A DNA stretch of 64,000 nt from an uncultured Acidobacteriota bacterium. Lineage in GTDB: Bacteria; Acidobacteriota; Thermoanaerobaculia; Multivoradales; UBA5704. The position numbers were made by a program, and so were the translations under genes. The DNA lies in NCBI GenBank assembly GCA_963770895.1, contig CAVYRF010000002.1, positions 1,248,001 to 1,312,000 of the forward strand, read 5' to 3'. Under the pieces are notes generated by a model that was not told where the DNA came from, searched no databases, and saw nothing but the letters and a program-made list of their open reading frames with translations. This document shows, one piece after another, positions 46,501 to 53,710 of this stretch (within the stretch, counting starts at the first letter, position 1; each line of letters starts with the position of its first letter).

Positions 46501-46917
46501 CGGCCGGCGCTGGGGGTGCCCTACGCCGCGCCGCGCGACGCGGCCGAACAGCGCCTGGCCGAGATCTGGCAGCAGCTCCTGGGGATCGACCAGATCGGCG
46601 TCGACGACGATTTCTTCGAGCTGGGAGGCGATTCCGTCCTGGGCCTGCGCGTCGCCGCGCTGGCGCGCGAGCGCGGCATCGTGCTGTCACCCGGCGAGCT
46701 GTTCGCCCACCCCACCATCGCCTCCCTGGCCCAGCGCCCGCCGGAGACGGCGCCGCCGCCCCCGCCAACCGAAGCGGCGTTGGCCCCAGCCGGCCAGCCC
46801 TCGATGCCCGCCCAGCCGGCGACCGTCAGCCCGGACGACTTCCCCGACGCCGACATCAGCGCACGCGACCTGGACACCTTGCTCGCCCAGCTGGGCGCCC
46901 CCCGCGACCCGCCGTAA
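40534..46917 (+). CDS. single-module type I polyketide synthase KS-AT-KR-DH-carrier
   Basis: KS TACSTS/EAHGTGT/NLGHL; AT GHSIG/HAFHS; KR GGLGGIG/YCAAN; DH HRFSGTPVLPG/HPALLD; carrier FFELGGDS. Confidence 0.93.
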   Translation: MKARDTQANLPGRAGSGPVEHARRDIAVVGMAGRFPGAADVQELWRNLMAGVEAVQPLSPADLERAGVAPDLLSSATYVRAAAQLAGLELFDAAFFGLTPREAEATDPQHRLLLECTWEALENAGYAPSLWQGRIGLFAGTSTNRYFEHVEASAAGAAMGGVALFGLDKDFLTTRVSYRLGLEGPSVTVQTACSTSLVAVHLACQSLLAGDCDLALAGGVALRNLRGEGYVFEPGGILSPDGHCRAFDAAAAGTVSGDGIGLVALRRLDDALADGDAIAAVIKGSAINNDGAAKVGYTAPGLHGQVRVLRDALAAAGVDPATVSYVEAHGTGTPLGDPIEMAALAEAYGPAGDGGDGRAGEEEEGGDAGDGRRGGTGKIAVGSVKTNLGHLDAAAGIVGLIKVVLALRHAAIPPSLHFTRLNPRIPQDAAARFTVAATAIQPWEGGGGRPRRAGISSFGIGGTNAHAILEEAPPAATGDGGLAAWQLLQVSARTESALVQAAANLAGHLENHPEIGPDELADIAFTLRVGRRAFEHRRAVVCRDAAAARAALRGEPGGVPDQAGRPGVAAGWTMSARATGQAGVAFLLPGQGAQRAGMAAGLYRTRPAFRAELDRAADLLAPHLDVDLRQLLLPQPQEPEQAAQLLARTRYTQPALFAVEYALARLWIGWGVQPAAFLGHSIGEWVAACLAGVFSLEDALALVALRGRLIDELPQGAMLAVPIAAAELEPLLGADLALAAENAADRCVASGPAAAIADLERRLAAHGIAGQRLRTSHAFHSPALEPAAAPLARAVSAVARRQPAIPFVSNLTGTWILADEATDPAYWGRQMLAPVRFAAGLRTLAASLPDNVLLEVGPGESLSRLARRELREHAQPVVSTLAEQQGADDEEHLLRAAARLWLAGAPLDPHALTAPERRRRVALPSYPFERQRYWLPRPKHDRWAPGPAAAAPAPAGSQPPRQADTAWQEGAWQGNAPPAAARHVDTAPGASRQPAAWPEAARHPEVAPGATRDPGAAPMARLDPADWFYLPSWRRSLPPPAAGSAELPAGAYLLFGERVAGPGGPFTAAVAARLRAAGRLVTVAFPGPALERLDDDTFTLRPAGVEDHAALWAALAAAGRSCGTVLHLWNATESGEPAGSPGATLAANLDEALERGFYSLMALGQALGRAASREPLALWVVSRRLHDVAGGEPVAPERAPLLGPCRVLPLELPHVACRSLDLPPRTTGLSGGDGHDPGDPGDAGDAWSQADAELLLAEVAARPHDQVVAYRGPQRWTQDFEPVRLGTAAGVAPPLRPRGVYLLTGGLGGIGQALARWLARAGAAGLVLLGRSQPPLHGRHLHRLRELEEELEAAGAQLLLATADVTDRAALTRVRDLVHARFGALHGVVHAAGVPGGGIVQLRRRDQAAAVLAPKVQGTLALAEVFPPAELDFFILCSSLNAVLGAVGQADYCAANAFVDAFAAARSFRRPAPGGPAGRVVSIAWDRWDQAGMAAEALSPFERRSPELPPLPGEAVTHPLLDRRLPQEAGRQTFVTRLSAARHWMLDEHRFSGTPVLPGTALLELVRAAAMFAGAPAGNTGNSGNSGSSGGIGGIGDGDNGSTSPLAAGGAAGIEIRSLSFVAPLVVADAESRDVFTSLSPAGDGWQVRIASREPGAGWREHAVGEVAPLAAPLPAAGETVPALADLLAALPLEPFAAGTLPAPPPPEAPPAHAADTANGSAEHAAGAGLGLTFGPHWQGIAGAVSMDGDQLLARFELPAQFAGELDALALHPALLDLATGFVAAAAGGAAEPYLPFSYAGLRQARPLPATVYSHARRLADAAPAFTGAAKPGAPATRSYAVTLYDVTGQVLLTIDQYVFRRVEPGAPLAAPVDPIDRAGAAHRADPADRADRPGTTDKPAQADQADAADRTDRADPAARTGLSNAEGVDVFARVLSHMPLPQVLVSTRDLRARAAAAAADTGERLLAQLAELGQLEASANPAPTERHPRPALGVPYAAPRDAAEQRLAEIWQQLLGIDQIGVDDDFFELGGDSVLGLRVAALARERGIVLSPGELFAHPTIASLAQRPPETAPPPPPTEAALAPAGQPSMPAQPATVSPDDFPDADISARDLDTLLAQLGAPRDPP

Positions 46918-47057
46918 CCATCCCGCCGCGACCCGCTGCGGACCATCTCAGGGGCGTCTGGACGATCTCAAGACGCCTGGTGCTTGCGAACCGCCTGCAG
47001 GTGCGAGGTTTCAGCCTTGCCTTGCTTTGTCACGCTCTGTTGCTGGAACATACCGAC

Positions 47058-48233
47058 GTGAGCCGTCCCCGCGCAGTCAAGGTGATGATCTCGAGCCGTG
47101 CCAACAGCAAGGCCTTCGGCGGCCCCCAGACGCTGTCCGGCTTGCGCCAGGACCTGGCGAGCAGACTTGAGGCCGCGACCCTCCTGGGAGAAGAGCTCTT
47201 CGAGGTATGGATCCACGAAACGGCACGCGCCGCGCCCGGCACGCGCGGCGCCTGGGAAGAGTCGATGCAGCAGGTGCGGGATGCCGACGTCGTGATCGTG
47301 CTGTACAACGGCGAGGCGGGTTGGGCCGTCGAGGCCGGAGAGGTGGGCATCTGCCACGAAGAGATGCGGGAAGCGCTCGACACGGCGCCAGGCAAGGTCC
47401 GCCTCGTCGCCTTCGAAACTCTGGCGCCGCTGCCGCGTGCGAACACTGCCGAGGGCACGCGGGACCGGCGTTTTCGCTCCTACGTGGAGGAGCGCAATCT
47501 CCTGCACGGTCAGGTGGTGCGGGATGCCACGGAGTTGAACGCAGTGGTGTTCGCCACCTTGCGGTCGGCCGTCGCCGAGCTGGTCGCCCTGGGAGTGCGC
47601 GAAGCCGGCCGGGGCCGCTTCTACGCCGGGGAGGCGTTCGTCTGGAGCCGCCTCGACTTCGCCCACCGCAAGCACGAAATGGAGAACGCGGCCCGCCAGG
47701 CGCTGCTCGAACGCAATGGAGCGCACGCTTGTGGCACCGCCCAGGTCGCCCTCAGGCTGGACGCTCGCTCCGTGCTGTTCGCCATCCATGCCATTCCCGC
47801 CGCCATGGGGATCGCCGCCGCCCGCGAGCTGGTCGGCCAGCCCTTTCTGCACGACCACCAGGCGGCACCCCTCCTGCGGAGCGAAGGGATCGACGGCCCC
47901 GTCCACCTCGTGCTGTGTAACCGGGGTATCACCGAGACGCAGGGAATGAAGATCCTGGGGTTTCCCGACGCCACCGTGGTCGCGCCGCCCTTCGGCCTCT
48001 ACGTGGTCGACGACGTGCAGAAGATCCAGCTGGTCTTCGTCGCGAACTGCCGTGACGAAACCGCCACCCGGCATGGCGTGCAGCGCTTTTTTGATTGGCT
48101 GCGCGGCTCCGGAGAACGAGATCGCCTCGTGGCGCGAGCCGGAGCCCGGCGCCGGATCGTCGAGGCCATCGCCCACGAACGACCCGCCGTTGCCCCCTCA
48201 CCGCCGTTGACCGTCGGGCCGCAAACTCCATAG
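47058..48233 (+). CDS. DUF4062/TIR-like N-terminal domain protein with uncharacterised C-terminal domain
   Basis: KVMISSR, EESMQQVRDADVVIVLY, GICHEE pattern resembling TIR/DUF4062 folds. Confidence 0.6.
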   Translation: MSRPRAVKVMISSRANSKAFGGPQTLSGLRQDLASRLEAATLLGEELFEVWIHETARAAPGTRGAWEESMQQVRDADVVIVLYNGEAGWAVEAGEVGICHEEMREALDTAPGKVRLVAFETLAPLPRANTAEGTRDRRFRSYVEERNLLHGQVVRDATELNAVVFATLRSAVAELVALGVREAGRGRFYAGEAFVWSRLDFAHRKHEMENAARQALLERNGAHACGTAQVALRLDARSVLFAIHAIPAAMGIAAARELVGQPFLHDHQAAPLLRSEGIDGPVHLVLCNRGITETQGMKILGFPDATVVAPPFGLYVVDDVQKIQLVFVANCRDETATRHGVQRFFDWLRGSGERDRLVARAGARRRIVEAIAHERPAVAPSPPLTVGPQTP

Positions 48234-48282
48234 AGTGGATTGCGAAATATCAAAACAGATTTTCGCCAGGGGGATTCCGCTC

Positions 48283-48675
48283 ATGTATTGCCCTTCGTGC
48301 GGCACCGAAAACGCCGATCACAACCTGCATTGCACACGATGCGGGGTGGCGCTGACCGCCGCCGCGCCGGCAGCGCCGCCCCAAGCCGCCGCAACCACCC
48401 CTTCCACCCCGGAAGGCGTTCTCGAAACGCTCATTCCCTACAAGAACGGAGCCGCCCTCACCGCCTACTACCTGGGGATCTTCTCCCTGGTGTGCGGTTT
48501 CCTGCTGGGCATCCCAGCGCTCATCCTGGGCATCCGCGGCCTGCACCACGCAGCTCTCCACCCCGAAGCCAAAGGCAAGGTCCACGCCTGGGTCGGCATC
48601 ATCCTCGGCAGCCTCACCACCCTGGTCACCCTGGGCATCGCGGCAGCCATCCTCCTCAGCGCCGCCCGCCACTAG
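48283..48675 (+). CDS. zinc-ribbon + DUF4190-like membrane protein
   Basis: MYCPSCG.EN....CTRCG; AYYLGIFSL..GIPALILGI.GL....GKVHAWVGIILG. Confidence 0.8.
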   Translation: MYCPSCGTENADHNLHCTRCGVALTAAAPAAPPQAAATTPSTPEGVLETLIPYKNGAALTAYYLGIFSLVCGFLLGIPALILGIRGLHHAALHPEAKGKVHAWVGIILGSLTTLVTLGIAAAILLSAARH

Positions 48676-49002
48676 CCAGAGGGGGCTTGGCGGGAGCTGC
48701 GCAGAGCCGCTCCGCGGGCTCGGGAGCGGCGCCGCGCGTCGGCCTTGCCGAGCCGGCTGCCGGGCGCCAGATCCCCCTCTCCTCACCGGAGCAGCGGGAA
48801 CCGCCCTGGCCCTGCTCGCCGGCATCTCGACGGTCGAACCAGCATGGGACCGCATCCTCATGGCTTCCTCTGCCACCCGCGTGCAAGCGGCGGCCTGAAG
48901 CGTCGCCGATCGCCAAGGCCGCTCCGCGCGCTTTTTCGCACACTTTTTAAGGTAGAGGTCGCCCCGCCGATCCACGGCCGGGCGTTTCCTGGAGAAGCCG
49001 CG

Positions 49003-49158
49003 ATGAGAAAGAACAACGCCAGAATCCACCTGAACCGCGAGACCCTGTGCGCCCTGACCGCCGACAAGAGGGAGCTGCGCGAGGCGGCGGCAGCCCTGGT
49101 GACAAAGCTCACCCCGTGCACCCTGAGCCACTGTTCCGGCGCCGCGAACTGCTGCTGA
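49003..49158 (+). CDS. putative RiPP (lanthipeptide-like) precursor peptide, 51 aa
   Basis: MRKNNARIHLNRETLCALT leader (LxLNRETL) plus Thr/Ser/Cys-rich core ending PCTLSHCSGAANCC; GGAGAAG RBS. Confidence 0.7.
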   Translation: MRKNNARIHLNRETLCALTADKRELREAAAALVTKLTPCTLSHCSGAANCC

Positions 49159-50049
49159 CCCTTCCCAGGGGCGGCGCGTAACCGCGACCGCCCCATCATC
49201 ACCACGGGATCGGGCCGTTCTCGTCCGCTCCAACGACACCCACGAGTCGAAGACCGACCCGGTAGTGTCCTTACTCGTCGTTGATGGCGGGCCTGGTAGC
49301 CCAGCGCGCGTTAGACATCCATTGGAGGGGCAGCGTACACAAGACAAAGACGTTCTGCTGCGCCACGATGGACCTCGCCCAGGAGGCGAGCGCCGGCACC
49401 TGTCCCTGGTTTGCCGCCGTGGCGAAAGGAGAGGACGATGTCGCCGAAAACTGCCCTTACGGCCCCCGTAGCAGTCAAGGATCGCGGCGTTCTCGAGGGC
49501 ACCATCTCGGCGCACCGGGCGCTCGCCGCCGCGCTGCTGTTCGTGGCCGCACACACCGGCCAGACGGTCGCCGCAAACGCCGCCCAGGCAGTGGCCGCAT
49601 CCGCCGGCCAGGCGGCGTCCACAACGGTGCCGGCCGTCGCGACGGCCCCTTCGCCGGCGGCAGCAGCCCGCCCACGAGACGAGGCGGGCGGCAGCGCCCT
49701 GTTCCTGCGCGGGCCGGTCACCGCCGTTTGGGGGCCCTCGGGGGCTCGGATCACGGTGGGCGAGGTCAGCAACCAGGAAACGCCCTCCACCGATGCGGGG
49801 AACCCCGGCCTCCAGCTGGTCGCCACTCCCACCGTGCCGACCGTGGTGCAGGACGGCCTCATCGAGACGGGAGAGAACACCGACGGCTTCCATGTCATGG
49901 CGGCCTCGGGCCTGCCGACGGTCGGGCCGGGCGCCGACATTTTCAACATCGACATCGGCAACATACCCTATGTGCCGCCGCCTCCGGGCTGCTACTACGT
50001 CAGCGTGGCGCTCACCCAGGACATCGATCTGCTGGGAACGGTCGTCGCG

Positions 50050-50156
50050 ATGCACGGCCACGCGAAGGCGGTGCGAACAAGATCGCGGCCGCGGCGGCGC
50101 TGGCGAAACCGCAGTCTAAGTTCCTGTTGCCCCGACCGCGGCGCGCCTGACGGCGC
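50050..50156 (+). repeat. 107-bp direct repeat, copy 1
   Basis: aligns without gaps to 51348-51454 with scattered substitutions. Confidence 0.9.
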
Positions 50157-50507
50157 TCAGGGATGCGCCTCGTCAACGACCCGTATGCGCCCCCTCTCGC
50201 GATTGCGCGGCTTTTCTTTGACCACGATGTCAACGTCCTGGCCGAGTGCGGTCAACAGACGCATGAGGCGCTCGCTGGAGATGTTCGCGAGGCGGCCGTT
50301 CAGCAGTGCCGAAACTTTCGGCTGATCAACGCCCATGAGCACTGCCGCGGCAGCCTGGGTCAGCCGGCGGCGTTTGATAATCTGCCGGATGTGGCTGGCG
50401 AGCTGCGCCTTGGTCAGCTCAGCTTCTGGCTCGGCAAAGCCAAGATCTGCGAACACATTGTCGCTGCCCGGCGTCACCGGGATTTCAGGTTCGTGCTTTT
50501 GGACCAT
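50157..50507 (-). CDS. HigA-like XRE/HTH antitoxin
   Basis: GSDNVFADLGF, LTQAAAAVLMGVDQPKVSALLNG, ERLMRLL..LGQDV. Confidence 0.9.
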   Translation of the reverse strand: MVQKHEPEIPVTPGSDNVFADLGFAEPEAELTKAQLASHIRQIIKRRRLTQAAAAVLMGVDQPKVSALLNGRLANISSERLMRLLTALGQDVDIVVKEKPRNRERGRIRVVDEAHP

Positions 50508-50869
50508 TGGTCGTAATCCTCTCTCGCCCGTTTGAGTCGCTGTTCGACCAACGTGAGCTCCACTTTCGGGGTGGCAATGCCGCGCTTGGATTTTTTCTGG
50601 AAGGCGTGCAGCACATAGACAACTCCGGCAAAGCGGACAGTGTAGACCGCTCGGTAGGTGTCGCCATCGAAGTCGTCCACGATTTCGAGCACGCCAGCGC
50701 CCTGGAATCCCTTCAGGGGCTTAGCGACTGGCGCCTTAAGACCTATCTGCGCATCCCATAACGCACCACCCACTTGCCGCCGTACTTCCTCTGGGAAGCT
50801 TCTAAGATCTTCCTTGCTGCTTCCGACCCAGTGAACGGGCTTTGGGCGAATCTGGTCTCGTGTCGCCAT
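50474..50869 (-). CDS. RelE/ParE-superfamily (Gp49/HigB-like) toxin
   Basis: WVGSSKEDL..FP, KPLKGF.GAGVLEI..D.DTYRAVYTV.F...VYVLHAFQKKSK.GIATP. Confidence 0.92.
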   Translation of the reverse strand: MATRDQIRPKPVHWVGSSKEDLRSFPEEVRRQVGGALWDAQIGLKAPVAKPLKGFQGAGVLEIVDDFDGDTYRAVYTVRFAGVVYVLHAFQKKSKRGIATPKVELTLVEQRLKRAREDYDQWSKSTNLKSR

Positions 50870-50887
50870 CTTCAGACTCGCTAAGCG

Positions 50888-50916
50888 AGAATATGCCTGT
50901 TCGGGCATGCCGTCAA
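50888..50916 (-). promoter_or_regulatory. sigma70 promoter of the TA operon with operator in the spacer
   Basis: TTGACG-17 nt-TATTCT; inverted repeat ATGCC-N6-GGCAT in the spacer. Confidence 0.8.
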
Positions 50917-51347
50917 GCAAGGTGGATGTCTTCTCCTTCGGCGGGGTGGCTTGCGCCGCCGCCACCAACGGCTCCTGCACCAACAGCATCTCGACGCTGT
51001 GCCTGCAGCGCTTTGCCGGCGACCGCCGCTTTCAGGTGCAGGTGAGCTTCAACACGCAGCAGGGCAACGGCGAGGCCGGCGCCGCCATCCCCATGCCGCT
51101 CACCGGGCTGGGCTTCGGCGACGGCGAGGTGCTCGACGCCTGCTCGTTGAACAACCGCTTCTGGGTGTTCCTGGCCGCCACCACGAACGTCGGTTTCACC
51201 GCCACCGTGACCGACACGGTCACCGGGCACCAGGCGATCTATACCAACCCCGACCGGACGCCGGCGCAGCCGGTCCAGGACACCAACGCGCTCGCCTGCC
51301 CCTGAGAGGACACCATCCGGGCGCTGCGGTGCAGAACTTCCGATGCC

Positions 51348-51454
51348 ATGCACCGCCATGCGCAGGCGGTGCGCACCAGATCGCAGCCGCGGCGGCGCTG
51401 GCGAAGCCGCACTCTAAGGTCCTGTTGCCCCGACCGCGGCGCGCCTGACGGCGC
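51348..51454 (+). repeat. 107-bp direct repeat, copy 2
   Basis: near-identical to 50050-50156. Confidence 0.9.
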
Positions 51455-51911
51455 GACCGCGCCCGGGCCGGGGGGGCCGGCGGAGCGTCCTGCCCGGACC
51501 GCAAGCCGGCGGTGCGGTAAGCCCACAAGGGACCGGCAACATGCCCGTGCCACCTGAACTGCCGGTCCCACAGGGCACAACGCTCCGCCCTCGCCCCAGG
51601 GTCCAATCGTGGTCGCGCCGCCAGGCGCGCCACGATTGGAGCAGCCATCTCCGCCGTCTCTGCCTGTCAAGAAATCAGCGAGGAAGCGCATGCTTTCGCG
51701 GCCATGACGATTTTCGGTGGTGCGTCCCCCAAGTTAGGCAGTCTCACCTGTCAGCGCTTTGGGGTGCATGGGTCCGCGGTTTCCGCAGCCCCCCGGCACC
51801 TTCCAGCTCATGCGTGCGTTGGGCGGCGATGGAACCGGGAGGGGCGACAACTTCACGGCTGCACACCCAACCCGTCCTCGCGATCGCTGGTGAAGACTTG
51901 AGACCCCCCGC

Positions 51912-52164
51912 CTCAGGGATGCGCCTCATCAACGACCCGTATGCGGCGTTTGATAATCTGCCGGATGTGGCTGGCGAGCTGCGCCTTGGTCAGCTCCGCT
52001 TCTGGCTCGGCAAAGCCAAGATCTGCGAACACATTGCCGCTGCCTGGCGTCACCGGGATTTCAGGTTCGTGCTTTTGGAACGCCCGTTTGAGTCGCTGTT
52101 CGACCAACGTGAGCTCCACTTTCGGGGTGGCAATGCCGCGCTTGGATTTTTCTGGAAGGCGTGC
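51912..52164 (-). pseudogene. decayed duplicate of the TA module with internal deletions
   Basis: near-identical blocks to 50156-50190, 50367-50503 and 50525-50610. Confidence 0.88.
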
Positions 52165-52685
52165 GGGCTTCCAGGACGGCCCGGATGAGATCGGCCTTGC
52201 GGGCAGCTACCGTGTATTGCCTGTCGGTTTGAAGCAGGTCTAGGGCTTCGTTTTCGAGCAGCTTCAGGCGATCCGTGAGAAGGGTGAGGATCACTCCCAG
52301 CCCAGCCCGAGCCGACATTGCGCCGGGGCCAGTCCTGCTCCTGCTGAGATGCCGCCGGATGCCCCGCGCTATGGACTCTTTCTGGTCGGGAGCGACTTTT
52401 TCAGCGATGGCTTCTGACGCGGCGGTGACGCCCAAGCCGCGCGCGTCCATCAACTCCCGCGCCCGAGCGGCGAGCTGCCGGTAGTCGTGCTGCCTGCCCT
52501 TCCTGCGCTGCGTCAGAGCGCACCCCCACCAGGCGCCCCACAGGAGGAAGAACGGCGCGGCGGCCGGTGTGGGGGCCGGTGTTCGGGGATCAGCCTAGCC
52601 GCGCTTGACGCGGTATTTTAGCAGTAGAATGGTTCATGGCCAACGGAGAGGATAAGCATCATAACGTAGACGCACAGGAGCTTAA

Positions 52686-52847
52686 ATGGCTTTGACAAGG
52701 AAGCACCTCTCGCCCTGCCAGGTAGCCGGCTGCAAAGAGGACTCGGATGGCGACGCCACGCCAATTCCCCTTCCCGGCGATCTACATCTGTTGGTTTACC
52801 TGTGTAATCGGCACCGCGACCAGTACAAGGCGGCCCTCACCACTTGA
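52686..52847 (+). CDS. small putative Zn-finger protein (53 aa; not in the ORF track)
   Basis: CAGGAG RBS; MALTRKHLSPCQVAGCKEDSDGDATPIPLPGDLHLLVYLCNRHRDQYKAALTT with C-x4-C...C-x2-H. Confidence 0.55.
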   Translation: MALTRKHLSPCQVAGCKEDSDGDATPIPLPGDLHLLVYLCNRHRDQYKAALTT

Positions 52848-52902
52848 GCGGGCGCTAGGAGCGGGACACCGCTACGGTGCCGCCGCAGGAAGAGGCTGGG
52901 CG

Positions 52903-53127
52903 ATGGACGAAATACAGCGCGCGCAGTTCGAAGGCAAGCCGTGCCAAGGTCGGGTCCAGGACGGTGCCGGGCAGGATGTCTGCACGGGAACGATGCGGTA
53001 CCTCGGCGGCGGCGTAGTCGAGTGCACCGGGCAAGAGCACCACCGCTGGTCGATCATGGTCGTTGAGGAGACCCAGGAACTTAAGCTCGTTCCCGAGACG
53101 ATCCTTCCCCTGTACGTGGAAGACTGA
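52903..53127 (+). CDS. small hypothetical Cys/His (zinc-ribbon-like) protein, 74 aa
   Basis: AGGAAGAGG upstream; C...C.GTM.Y...EC....HH pattern. Confidence 0.55.
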   Translation: MDEIQRAQFEGKPCQGRVQDGAGQDVCTGTMRYLGGGVVECTGQEHHRWSIMVVEETQELKLVPETILPLYVED

Positions 53128-53207
53128 CGAAAGGCGGCGCGGCGGGCCGGGCTACGGGGCGCCCGGCGTTCGGCGGCCAAACCTAGCCAGCCGCGCCTGG
53201 GAGGATT

Positions 53208-53396
53208 CTACTTCGGCGGTGGGATCAGCGGCTCAACCCGCTGCGCCTGCTCCTCGGCCAGCTCTTCCAACCAGGCCGACACGGACCTGCACTTGAGGAA
53301 GCGGGCCACCCGAGCCCACCGCCGGGCCTGCTCGCGCGAGGCCCGGACGGTGTACGTCGTGATCTTGATTCGGGGAATGGGGCGGGGGTCGGTCAC
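53208..53396 (-). CDS. small ribbon-helix-helix-like protein
   Basis: TTYTVRAS.EQ..RW..VA....SVSAWL..LA pattern; start overlaps upstream stop. Confidence 0.55.
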   Translation of the reverse strand: MTDPRPIPRIKITTYTVRASREQARRWARVARFLKCRSVSAWLEELAEEQAQRVEPLIPPPK

Positions 53397-53710
53397 TGCT
53401 GCTGTAGGTGGCGGAACCAGTCTTCAAGCTCGCGACGCATGCGGCTCGGCTCCTTCGGCAGGCCGAACACCAGGGCGAAGAACTCCATCGGGTGGAGCTG
53501 GACGACCTCCAGAATGGCGAGCACCGGCCGCAGCTTCACGTCGCAGTCGCCGCGAAGGACGCGGGCAACGTCCACGTGATGGCCGTGCGCCTGGATGGAC
53601 CGCTGCACATGGCGGCGGCTCAGGTCCGCGAAGGCGAGCAGGCTGCGCAGGGCCTCGCGGGTCTTGTCCTCGGCCGAGAGGCCCGCTTCCGACGCGACCA
53701 GGCCGATCAC
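53393..53710 (-). CDS. XRE-like helix-turn-helix protein
   Basis: LS.R.V.R.I.....VARVLRG..DVKL..VLAIL..V.LHP.EFF. Confidence 0.6.
   Translation of the reverse strand: MIGLVASEAGLSAEDKTREALRSLLAFADLSRRHVQRSIQAHGHHVDVARVLRGDCDVKLRPVLAILEVVQLHPMEFFALVFGLPKEPSRMRRELEDWFRHLQQQ

Larger units (their letters stand above)
49438..51305 (+). pseudogene. secreted protein gene with the same C-terminal domain as 39612-40436, split by a TA cassette
   Basis: 5' part (signal-like, ...GCYYVSVALTQD) stops near 50030; 3' part resumes near 50922 (VDVFSFGG..TLCL..RFQV..LDACSLNNRFWVFLAATTNV..TVTDT..DTNALACP) and lacks the WFF..NxE segment. Confidence 0.65.

Noticed and set aside
40534-46917. Enediyne PKSE or PUFA synthase because of the KR-DH order
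   Set aside because: The carrier is C-terminal rather than between AT and KR, there is no PPTase domain, and no thioesterase or pfa genes are adjacent.
50050-51454. 107-bp repeats as a DGR template/variable pair or integron attC sites
   Set aside because: Differences are not confined to adenines, no reverse transcriptase or integrase is present, and there are no RYYYAAC/GTTRRRY ends.
52061-52453. Minus-strand 130-aa ORF
   Set aside because: It runs into the decayed toxin copy and lacks a clear start or RBS; at best a gene remnant, so not called.
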